From Octopus sinensis (lineage: Eukaryota), in the NCBI RefSeq assembly GCF_006345805.1, contig NC_043010.1:28396001-28460000 (forward strand): a stretch of 64,000 nt of DNA, given 5' to 3'. The notes under the pieces were generated by a model. The model was not told where the DNA came from, did not search any database, and worked only from the letters and a program-made list of their open reading frames with translations. This document shows, in pieces, positions 27,285-38,350 of the stretch; position 1 is the first letter of the stretch, and the number at the start of each line of letters is the position of its first letter. The translations under genes and the position numbers were made by a program.

Positions 27285-27789
27285 CTCCAAAGTACTGAAT
27301 ATCTCTTGTGAAATTTACAAATAGTAATTTTCTAAAGAAAATTAACTTCAAGAAACTGGCCATTCTCCTTGATCATCAACCTCTTGGGGAAAATATGCAA
27401 TCTTTATACTCAGCAAGTCATCAAGAAGTGGAACAGACTGACGGTCATGGATACAAAATGTTTCCCAGGCAAGAAAAAAAAAAAAGCACCGCACAACATA
27501 GACTAGTGATTGGTAACCTTGGATAATAACCAGATGGTCTAAAAAATAAAAGACTATCAATCTGGAAATAGAAGGTGATACCTATATTGAAAATGGAGGA
27601 GACAGAGACCAATATCACAGAAGACTACAGGGAGTTTCTATGGGAGAATCTGTTGATGGGACACGGTTAGGGCCAGACAGAAAGTGATAAGGCAGTGGAA
27701 TGGAATGGCAGACAAATGGTATATTCAGCATGAAGAGAAGCAAAAAGTAAGATGTTTGTCAACGCTCAATGATTTAAGAATCAGACAAC

Positions 27790-28250
27790 AATCCAGTCAC
27801 CCAATATTCCTAGCGGGGTTGCTGGAGTAGTGCCCTGCCTCCACTCAGAGACTTCCTCCATAGGGTCCTATCAGAAGCCACTATCATTACATTTCCCAGC
27901 TGGATTACCAAGGGTGACCAACTGAGGTCATGAATATTATCCAACCATCTTGATCTTGCTCTACCCCATGGTCATCTACTTGTTGGCTTGGCCTGAAGAA
28001 TTTGTGATTCTTTCCTGCAATATTCTAATCACATGTCTGTAGCAGAGGAGCTGTGACACTCTGATCTCTAAGTTATGCACCCTGTTGAGTAACGTTACTC
28101 CAAAAATTCTTCAGAGGAACCCCCATTTCGTTCACTTGTAGTCATGATCTTACTCCTTCAGTCATTACCCGACATTCATGACCAAAGGTGAGGAGAGCCA
28201 TCAAAGCCTAACTGATGAGACATGCTTTTTCAGATTGCAAACAAGGGAGT
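27790..28250 (-). pseudogene. Highly decayed LINE (RTE-like) C-terminal remnant
   Basis: Minus-strand ...PWGRARSRWLD-like motif resembling the RTE RPRGRPxxRW motif; many stops. Confidence 0.35.
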
Positions 28251-28751
28251 CAGTATGAATAAAACAGTAAGTGCATAGCGACAGCAGCCCATTCGCCCTC
28301 TCTAATGCAAGGAAAGACAAAGGTTACTGAAATACCACAACAGGGTTGACTGATGAGCATCAATGAGAAACAGGAACTTGAATTAAACCAACAGAGGGGC
28401 CAACTATTGAAACTGGCAACAGTCATATATATACATAGACATGCACATAGAAACACAGATATATATTCAGATAGACACACACAGATAGACAGATAGATAG
28501 ATACATACATACATACATACATACATACGATATCCAGATAGACACATGGACACACACACACACACATACAGACAGACATTCAAATAGACACATGGACATA
28601 CACACACACACACACATACAAACACACAGAGACAGAAATATATTCAGATAGACACATGGATACACACACAGATATATATTCAGACAGAAACACACAGATG
28701 GCTACGTATTCAGACAGACACACAGACTGGCAAACAGTTACAAATACTTAC

Positions 28752-28851
28752 AGCCATGTGTATATGCACTTGAGTGAATGTGAGCTTGTGGTGGAACAGA
28801 AGACTGTGGAATGTTGTCATGGAACATACATCTCCTCATAGTGTCTGGTTG
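28752..28851 (-). CDS. RNF111: Arkadia-like exon E (QPDTMRRCMFHDNIPQSSVPPQAHIHSSAYTHG)
   Basis: Acceptor ttttcatctgcag, donor T|gtaagt, 100 nt. It supplies exactly the phase 0 to 1 shift needed between exons D and F. Confidence 0.7.
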
Positions 28852-30589
28852 CTGCAGATGAAAACACATACAAATTTATATCAACTTATATCGACACAAT
28901 GTTTAAATTTAATTACTATAAGGTCTCATGTCAAAGCGCATGGTTTAGTTGGTTAGGCATGTTGTACTCACAATCGCTAGATCGTGGGTTCAATTCCCAG
29001 ACCAGGTGGCATGTTGTGTTCTTGAGCAAAACACTTTATTTTACATTGTTCCAGTCCACCCAGCTGTAAACGAGTAACCCAGTGATGGAATAACCTTCCA
29101 ATCAAGAGGCATGTTGGCTTGCTCGCATTCCAGTCTCCTTCCAGAAAGATTTACTGACGTGTAATATAAAATGTTTTGCCAACTTAACCCTTTCGATACC
29201 ATATTTCTGTTGAAATACACTGACTGTTTCAATTGATTTAAATCATTTTAAAGCAGGAAGTTTGTATCATAGTGTTGTGGAAGGATTCCAACCATCCCCA
29301 TGTGACTAAAAATGGACTGACATATTGCTATAGAATAAAGAACTGTGAGCAATAGATTCTAAGTAGTTCACTGTGAGCCGTAAGCAGGGAGCGTTTAACT
29401 TTGTGTAACAGTAATTATAGTGTGTTGTGTGAATACTTTCTTTCCGCCTGCTTCGTTAAATTATTTATCCAACACCAAGATATAAAACAGAGAACCAGGC
29501 AAGTTGGTATAAAAACGGTTAAGACATCTGAAATGACTTTGTATAAGAAACAAAAAGTTTTGCTTTAACTAGGAGTGATTTTAAACTAGTTAAAAGGAGG
29601 TGAAATAACTGACAGTATTGCCTGGAAAATAGTACAAGTGAATCGAATGATATCTAACAAAGTATAGATTTAATCCAAGCTGTTTTTGTGCATACCTCAG
29701 AAAAATTGATAAAGCAAAGCATTAAGCCTTTAGCATTTAGATTACTCTGTTAAATGTAAAATGCTTATTGACTCACATTGTTTTGAATTAATTATCATGC
29801 ATTATCTTGTAGCATTGAATAGAATATTTTGGCCAGATACAGCCAAATGCTAAGGGATTAATACATACTCTCTCTCTGTTCATTATTATAGCCGCTGTTG
29901 TTCTTCTTCTTCTTCCAATCAGGACTCGTGTCATTAGCCACGAAGAATAATCTCTAATTCGAGCCTACTCTGAGCTACTAAGAATACGTGTGGCAACTTG
30001 AAGATCCACCCACCACACGTGATAGACTGGCGGTTGTACGGGCGCGAAAGCTACGTTGTTATCCTCATTCCATAAACGGTGGCTTTTAATGGGTGGAGAG
30101 CTGAACCATCCTGGGGTACAGAGGATTCGCAATCTAGACTAGGGTCTGAAAGTTTACCACACCATAGTGGGTTACACCATGGTTCCTCTGCTTTTGGCAG
30201 AAGTAGGAAGAAAGAGGGAGAGAAAGTTGTGGTGAAAGAATAAAGCGTCACTGGAAAAAGGACATATGTATTTGCATTGGGACCCCTTCGCATCGAAGAC
30301 CGATGATTGTCGTGTGCTGACGACGAGTAAATACCCAGAAACCCGGGGCCATGTGTATCACGTCAAGTTGATGATGGGAAGGATGGCTTCCCTTTGCAAA
30401 TACTGATAGGGCACAGAAAGTGTGTCAATAGCCAACTGGAGAAGATGTTCTCCTGGGGCTACAAGCTACAGCAGCATCCACCCTTAGTGGTTAGCCACAT
30501 TTAAGTGGCAAATATACTTCACATTGTCGTACAGCTACTGTTTATACCTCGTTCAGAGATTTATTATTGTATTCATTTTGTTTGTTGTT

Positions 30590-30635
30590 AACACAACGTT
30601 TCGGCTGATATACCCTCCAGCCTTCATCAGGTGTC
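30590..30635 (-). ncRNA. Minimal type I hammerhead ribozyme, intact consensus, sense to the Arkadia pre-mRNA
   Basis: GACAC-CUGAUGA-A-GGCUG-gagggu auau-CAGCC-GAAA-CGUU-GUGUU. Stem I GACAC/GUGUU, stem II GGCUG/CAGCC, palindromic ACGU stem III, GUU cleavage triplet. Confidence 0.75.
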
Positions 30636-30843
30636 TTGGGGAAATTTCGAACCTGGGTTCTCATTCCTAAGGTTTATTATTATTAAGGTCACTCCCTGGA
30701 ATCGAACTCAGAATCTTGGGGTTAGTAGCCCATGCTCTTAACCCCAAGATTCCAAGTTTGATTCCAGGCAGTGACCTTAATAATAATAATATAAAAAAAA
30801 AAAGTACCTTAGGAATGAGAACTCGGGTTCAAAATTTCCCCAA

Positions 30844-30889
30844 GACACCTGATGAAGGCTGGAGGGTGTATCATCCGAAACGTTGTGTT
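30844..30889 (+). ncRNA. Minimal type I hammerhead ribozyme, right arm (one stem II mismatch)
   Basis: gacac-CTGATGA-A-ggctg...catcc-GAAA-CGTT-gtgtt. Confidence 0.65.
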
Positions 30890-31318
30890 AACACAAACAA
30901 AATGAGGACAAATATCCGTCAAATGTAAATAATGTACATAATTCCTCATCTCTTAAATATAGAACGACACTATTTCAGTTAATTAATGGGTTATAATTTA
31001 GCCAGAAAGCCAACAATTTCTGGGAGAAGGGGCTTAGTTGGTACCACCAGCCCTTGTGTTTAACTAGCATTTCATTTTATCAATTTTGAAAGGATAAAAA
31101 GAAAAGCCAAGCTTGGCTAGATTTTGAACTTAGAACATAAGTAACTGGCATTCTGTCAATTACAATGACAAGGGTTCCAGTTGACCCAATGGATGGAACA
31201 GCCTGCTTATGAAATTACCGTGCAAGTGGCTGAGTACTCCACAGACACATATAGCCTTAATGTATTTCTCAGGGAGATTCAGTGTGACACAAGAGTGTGA
31301 CAAAGGTTGGACCTTTAA

Positions 31319-33964
31319 CCCTTTCGTTACTATATTTCTGACCAAAATACACCCCTTATGTGTTTCAATTAATTTCTAACATAATCATAAATTTAGTCTG
31401 GTTTCATTAAACAACTATAATTTTTTATTTATTGATATATTAATGTGATTTTTGGAAGATAATTTAATGAAAGGTTCTCAACCAATTCTATACCATAACT
31501 TTTGTCACAAAGTGACTCTAACTGCAGGTAGATACAGGTAAATACAGGTAAATTCAACAAAATATAAAATTATTAAAATTTTTGTTCAAACATCGCTATA
31601 GAAAATGGGTTATTAGCTAATATTCAATTGGGTATACAACAAAATTTTACTATAGAAGAGTTGTGCACATTACTGGATTCATCAGGTGAATTTAAACACA
31701 CAAAAGACAGGTGTACCATGAAGGTATAAGTAAAACGAAAGACTGGAATTTGTCTGTGAAGAAAACTAGAAAACAAAATAGACACACACCATCAACTAGA
31801 TTAAATAAGCTCTCCCATATACATAGATACAATAATGCATAGATACATACATAGATACAATAATGCATAGATACATACATAGATACAATAATGATTTACA
31901 AAAGAAATTAATCAAAATTCGTCACTCACCTTACAGGTAAATTAAAATAACAAGTAAATTAAAATTACACAAAGAAAAATAAAAACGAAGTAAATTTGAA
32001 AATATTTATAAAATCAAATCACACATATATACAAATCAAACAATATTCCTATCGTGAAAATTTGTAAAGCACCCTGCTCTATATAATGCAACCTTGCAGA
32101 ATGCACATTGGAAAGTTGTTTCAACAGCCCTTCCACTAGGAGCTTTCCTTTTTTGATGAAGGCATTCACGACACTGCTTTTTGCGACCCTCGATTTTTTT
32201 CTAATTTATGGAGATCGGCTGAATTCAGAGGGATATCCCTCTGGCAGGCTTTGCTTTTTCTCCCTACAGTTTTTTTTTTTTGAGGAATAACCAGCTCTTA
32301 GTTGCGTTGCTACATCTGCTCGGAACTGCAGATGGTCACATCGCTTCCGAGCTGGTCCCGATTAGTAATACTCATGTTTACTATATACCAAACCAGGTAT
32401 CGCCACCATTTATTCCCTGGTCTGCCAACTGGATAGTAAAACATCATCTGATTCAGCCGATCTACACCACCCATGTACCTGTTATAATCGAGTGTTCACA
32501 AACGGCGTGCCATTTTCATCCACATGTGGCCATGCACAGGTAGACAGAAAATTGATCTGCCTCTTATCTCTGTATGCAGTCGCTAGCAAATTTCCTTTCT
32601 GCCGTTGAATTATTTCACCTTTTTTTTTTTAATTTTGCTTTTTTTATATTCAATGGCAGTCCTTTTCTACTAGCGATCACTGTAGCACATGTATGTGTTG
32701 CCACAGTATCTAAATTCTCCGCAAGTTTGACCGAACTGAAAAATCGGTCAAAAAATAATATACGGCCCTGGTTATGGTATGGAAGTGATAAATTCCAGAC
32801 CACATCATAACCTAGGCCATGCTGACTTACATGATTGTCTCTTTTGCCTGTATAAAATTCAAATCCTGAGCAGTACCCAGTATTTGATTCGCAAATCTTC
32901 CAAACTTTGATCCCCCATTTTGTGGACTTTCCGGGCATATACTGTCGAAAACGTACTCGGCCTTTATAGCCCACCATACCCTCATCAATTGATAAACATC
33001 TCCCCGGTTTATAAACAGTTTTATGTGTTTTGAACACAGTCAATAATGGGTCTTATTTTAAATAAGGGATCAAAGCCTGGTTCTCCACGTACTGGTGTAC
33101 TGCTCGTGTCTCTTACATGCAAATATTGGGTCAATTTTAAAAATCGTGTCCTCATCATTATACTTGACACATACTCGTCTCCAAAGGGCTCATCGCTACT
33201 CCAGTAATTTGTTATTCTGGGTAACTTCCTGATACCCATAATAATATTAATGGCAAAATAGGCCTTCATTTCATTTAATGTTGTGGGAAACCACAAACTA
33301 TCTTTTCTTTCACTTTGTTTATATTTAGCGTAACGGTTCGTTTCCGCCATAATGAGTTCAAATAGACTCATTGGAAATAGTAAAAAAAATAGTCTATCGC
33401 TTTACTCTCCTGGGAAAGACTGTGGCTTGGTCCAGTTTCTTCAGAAAAATCACTAGAAGAAACAGTTTTTAAATTTTCACTCCATTCAGGAGCCAATACA
33501 TTTTCTTCATCGCTGTCGGAGCTCTCGGAATCACTGCTCTCACTTTCGGAAAATGAAACATCGGATTCATTTTCAAATATCACGTGCTTTTTTTTTTCAG
33601 TCATAGAGTGAGATTTATCAAGGTCTTCAGTAGAAAATCCTTTGAATTCTGACTCGCTGCTTGACAGAACGAAATTTGTATCCATTTTTTGTCAGAATTA
33701 CAAATTTTGAAAATACAACAGGAACAAATTTGGAAAAAAATCTCCAAAAATTCACGGAATCAAAATTACACCTCGATCGTTGATCAAAACTGTAGATGAA
33801 CTGTTTACGAAGTATAATCACGTGTTTTCACGAATGTACTAACGAGATTTGCTCTGATATTCTCATTTAAATATGAATAGTTGATTACAGGCGGTTTTGG
33901 GCAGCTTGGTCACATGAACCAAAAATTTTTTCGGGTGGCTTTGGGCGGTTTGGTAATGAAAGGG
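31319..33964 (-). mobile_element. Full-length (2646 bp) but frameshifted piggyBac transposon (DDE_Tnp_1_7 / PGBD4-like) inserted in a SINE
   Basis: TTAA-CCCTTTCGTTAC ... GTAATGAAAGGG-TTAA. ORFs 33368-33685, 33021-33371 and 32615-33043 carry SIDEGMV, FFDRFFSS and YNRYMGGVD, with a Cys-rich C-terminal region (CREC...FQCAFC). Confidence 0.92.
31818..31892. repeat. 28-bp tandem repeat (atacatagatacaataatgcatagatac) x about 2.7 inside the piggyBac
   Basis: Direct inspection. Confidence 0.8.
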
Positions 33965-34149
33965 TTAAAAGACAGATACAACCCATTTTTGCCAGTTGAG
34001 CAGACTAGAGCAACATGAAATAAAGTGTCTTGCTCAAGGACATGATGTGTCACCAGGAACGAAATTCATGGCCTAACGATCGAGAGCTGAATATCTTAAC
34101 CACTGAGCCAAGCGCCTTCACAATGTAAAGAACTGGAAATTGCATGTAA

Positions 34150-34555
34150 TCTCTATATATATAAAGCTGAAGTTGTCTGTGTGTGTGTGTGTGTGTGGCA
34201 GGTTTGGTAATCTTCAACTAACACTATCTCCTCCGAGACGCTGCGGCGCAAGTTGACCAAAATTGAGAGTATGATAGAAGAAGGCTTGCTCTTCATTTTG
34301 TAGAAGAAAAAATTTAAATTTGACCATGTAAAGACCAAAAATTATTTACATCAAAAAGGTGCTTTTTTCTATGAAAATCCCTATTTTTTACGATCTTTTG
34401 ACTGCTGTGTTGCCATTTTTCAGTGTATTTCAACCAGAAAAATGTTCACTTAAAGAGAATAAGCTACATAATGCAAAATTTTTACTTTTCAAAAATTCCA
34501 ATTCTAAAGGATCGAAAAGAAAACAAACCCGAGCAATGCCAGGTGATACTGCTAG
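34150..34555 (+). mobile_element. Non-autonomous Helitron; second copy at about 48218-48613
   Basis: 5' TC, 3' CTAG, inserted between A and T, subterminal hairpin acccgagcaatgccaggt. The two copies are closely similar. Confidence 0.8.
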
Positions 34556-34581
34556 TTAATGAAATAGATAACATTACTCAC

Positions 34582-35195
34582 CCATCCATTGACTGGTATA
34601 CAGCTGTATGTATGGTCTGAGCATGACTGACGGTTCGTAAAGTAGCAAGGTGATGAAAAGGTTGGTATGGGCATCAGGTGAGCAGGTAACGGTTGTAGAG
34701 ATTGCTGGTGTTGATGATGCTGGTGCTGGTGTTGATGTTGATGTTGGTGTTGGTGCTGGTGTTGGCGTTGATGCTGGTGGTGCTGGTGATGCTGAGATTG
34801 GTGGTGTTGGTGTTGATGTTGGTGATGGTGCTGAGACTGATGTTGATGTTGGTGGTGGTGCTGGTGTTGGTGCTGGTGTTGATGTGGTGGCTGGGGGGAC
34901 ACAGCTGATGCCATTGTGGGTGTGTGGTAGTGGTGTTGGTGTCGGTGATGTCCAGAGTTTGTTGGCAACGGACTGTAACCAGACAGCATGCACGACGGCA
35001 TGTTGTGCGAGGAAGATTGCCCCACGGAAGGCGACGTGGTCATCCGTGAGGCCGAAGCAGCTGCTGCTGATGCAGACGAGGAAATGACCGTAGAAAACAC
35101 CGGCCAAGCTGATGAACTGGTTGTCGATGTTGTAAGAGAGGTAGGTACAGTTGAAGGTTGCTGGCACAGCATTGCATAAGATCTTAAAAGGGGTT
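34582..35195 (-). CDS. RNF111: Arkadia-like exon D (Ser-rich, long His/Gln repeat)
   Basis: In frame with ORF 34552-35172. Acceptor ttttgtttcag|AA, donor TGG|gtgagt, 614 nt, phase 1 to 0. Confidence 0.8.
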
Positions 35196-37543
35196 CTGAA
35201 ACAAAATAAAACCAAAAGATTTTAACATTACAAAGCTATGAAATGCACAGACGAGGACATTTCTTTTAATAAACAAACAAACAAACAAACAAACAGTCAA
35301 TGACAAATGCAATCTACTGCTTGGTTTTTTTTTCTTTGGCAATGACTGCATGGTTAAGAAGCTGCCAACCAAGTAGTTTTGGGTTCAGTCCCACTGTGCA
35401 TCATCTTGGGCAAAGCATCTACTACTACTACAGCCCCAAGGCTAACTTTAGGTTTCTAAGTGAATTTGGTAGATGGAAACTGAAAGAAGCCTGCTCTGTG
35501 TGTGTGTGTAGTTGAAATTTATAGAAAAACAAAAGATGAAGATAGGTGTATGAACAACAAGTAGGTATATTAGTCTGACGCTCGAGAAAGTGAGAAAGTC
35601 TTTTATGTTTCGAGTGTATGCTCTTCAACAGAAAAGCATAAGAGAAAATAAACAGAGAGAGAATAAAAAAACTTTTAGATTTCAACGATACACATACACA
35701 CAAACAGTAAAAAAAAATTGTGGCCACCCATACATACAGGCATGTTCTTTATGGTCACCCATCCCTCTAATTATTCTTTCAGTTGAGAGGTCCATGGCTG
35801 CTGGTGCCACAGAAAAGCCCCGGTGCCAGAATCACGTATAAGCACCTGTGTTGCTGCTAATGCACCAGTTCTGGTGCTACATATCAAGCCATAGAGACCA
35901 TGCCAAAACAGACAAGGAGCCAGGGCAGCTCATCAGCTGGAACTGTTCCTGTCAACCATCCAACCCATGCCAGCATGGAAAACAGATGTTAAACAATGAT
36001 GGTGATTTTATGTGTGTGTGTATGTATGTTGACATGGTATGATGGTTGTAAACAAGAAAGAACAAACAAAGGTGGAGGCACATGGCCTAGTGGTTAGAGC
36101 AGCAGACTCGCGGTCGAGGGATCGCGGGTTTGAATCTCAGCCAGGGCGATTTGTGCATTTATGAGCAAAACACTTAAGCTCCACGTGGCTCCGGCAGAAG
36201 ATGATGGTGAACCTCTGCTGACTCTTTTACCATAACTTTCTCTCACTCTTTCCTCCTGCATCTTGCAGCTCACCTGCGACGGACTGGTGTCCTGTCCAGA
36301 TGGGGAACCTATACGCCAAGGAAACTGGGAAACCGGCCCTTATAAGCCAGGGATGGCTCAAGAAGGAAGGTTGTAAACAAGAATCATTTGTTTTGTTTCC
36401 AATCTTCCGCTATAAAAATGTCTGGTCACAAGAAAATATTACTTCACTTAGAAATAGGTGAGTGTTGGTGACAAGATGGACGAGTGTCCTCTAGTATTCC
36501 AGGGACAACCAACGCCTTGTGAGTAGATTTGGTAAATGCAAACTGAATGTTTGTGTGTGTGTGTGTGTATTTTGCTTTGATGGCTCTAAGCCAGTGTTAC
36601 TGGAAAATTAGCTGTATCAAACATTTCAGATCTTCTGGGGAAACGTGTCTGGCCATGAGGAAACATTAACTTGCTTGGAAGCGAGTGAGGATTGGCAAAA
36701 ATATTTGCTCCAATGAATTCAGTCTAACCCATGGAAACATGGAAAAGTGGACATTCAAATGATGATGAGAAAATGGAAATCCACTAACGTGTTGTTGACC
36801 ATTGAGTAGAACTGCTCTTACATGCAATACTGGCCACAGGATTTGAGCTCAACAAAAGCAGGTCAATTCAAAAATGGACATGCTGAAATGCTTTGCACCT
36901 CTCCAAAGACAAACCATCACTCCATTTCCAACATCTCAAAAAGTGAAGTTGTAAGTCATCGCTTTAATGTCCACTTTCTCATGCTAGTTTAGGTCAAATG
37001 GAATTTGGTGAGGCAGATTGTTTTCTATAGCAGGATGCCCTTCCTGTCACCAGCCCTACCTGTTTCCAAACAAGGTAGTATTTCTCCATGGCTGGATATT
37101 TTATGTAAGATTGGGAAAAAATAATACCGCTTGTATGACACTTGTTTACAACTATCATGTGATGTCAAGACTCAAACATACACACACCCCTTGGTTCCAC
37201 TCACTGAGAGGTCTTCATCTTGCAAAATACTTGACAACACTGCTGTTGTTAACACCAAGTGAAAAGCACCAGTGCTAGTGCCACATAAAATGAATCCAGT
37301 CCACTCTGTAAAGAGGCATCCAGCCATAGAAACCATGCAAAAGCAGGCAGTGGTGCTTTGTGCAACTCTCTGACTTACTGCTGTCAAACTGTCCAATCCA
37401 TGCCAGCATGGAAGAGGGATGTGTTAAATGAAGAATGATGATAACACACACACACACAAACAGACTATGTGCTCACACACGCACACAAACAACAAGCTTC
37501 TTCAGTTTCCATCTACCACCTTTATTCATAAGGTATTGATTGA

Positions 37544-37775
37544 TAAGACGGCGAGCTGGCAGAAACGTTAGCACGCCGGGCGAAATGCTTAGCGGTATTT
37601 CGTCTGCGTTACGTTGTGAGTTCAAATTCCGCCGAGGTCGACTTTGCCTTTCATCCTTTCGGGGTCGATAAATTAAGTACCAGTTATGCACTGGGGTCGA
37701 TATAATCGACTTAATCCGTTTGTCTGTCCTTGTTTGTCCTCTCTCTGTTTAGCCCCTTGTGGGTAATAAAGAAAT
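37544..37775 (+). mobile_element. Young Deu/Nin-domain-like tRNA SINE nested in a family A SINE
   Basis: Perfect 13-bp TSD AGGTATTGATTGA (37531-37543 and 37776-37788); CpGs retained. Confidence 0.85.
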
Positions 37776-38285
37776 AGGTATTGATTGACTATTAGATATA
37801 GTATAGGACCTTAAGGAACAACATCCATATAGTGGGACCAAACCCATAACAATGTGGTTTGAAAGCAAACTTCTTAACCACACAGCCATTTTTTAATAAT
37901 ATGAATTATTAGATTTTATTACAAGAAACCTTATCTTGCAGATACCCCAGGAATTTTTTGCAAAAACCTTAAGACCCTTGGAACCTATATTGAAGAACGC
38001 TATTGGTCTAGAGCAAGCAAGACCATGCACCCTACACAAGGCTAAAATATCCTGACTTCATGGCCGAGTCATAAATGATGGCTATATTAATCATAGCTTT
38101 TCTCTATATTTCTAGAGTTTGGATTAAAAAGAAAGTGTAGACATGCTTAAAGTATGCAATTAATTCCGTTAGACTACTCTTGTATTTTAGAGCAACATGA
38201 CACGTGAATTTGGTCGGTGTTAATTAGGACAAGGATCAATTAATACAAAGTTAATTTGAGAAAGCTGAAAAATGTTTTATGTTAC

Positions 38286-38350
38286 CATCATCAGATTCTG
38301 TAAGGTCAACGACGACTGTGGTCCTGCCATCAGCTCCATTTGGAGGACGT
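38286..38350 (-). CDS. RNF111: Arkadia-like exon C (RPPNGADGRTTVVVDLTESDD), SIM VVDLT
   Basis: Acceptor ctcttgcattgcag|A, donor G|gtaac, 65 nt, phase 2 to 1. VVDLT plus acidic tail equals human Arkadia SIM3 (VVDLTVDEDE). Too short for the ORF track. Confidence 0.85.

Larger units (their letters stand above)
30574..30965. mobile_element. Palindromic tRNA/hammerhead composite element, copy 1
   Basis: Inverted arms centred near 30731, tRNA-like centre on the minus strand, hammerhead in each arm, 3' end catctcttaaatatagaac shared with copy 2. Confidence 0.85.

Noticed and set aside
30317-30350. CTGACGA...GAAAC as another hammerhead
   Set aside because: No stem II pairing between the motifs and no NUH or stem I.
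34574-35215. Alternative-frame and antisense ORFs over exons D, F and B (34574-35215, 34650-35087, 26072-26728 set, 43650-44029 set)
   Set aside because: Shadows of trinucleotide-rich coding sequence. Only one frame per exon is phase-compatible with the neighbouring exons.
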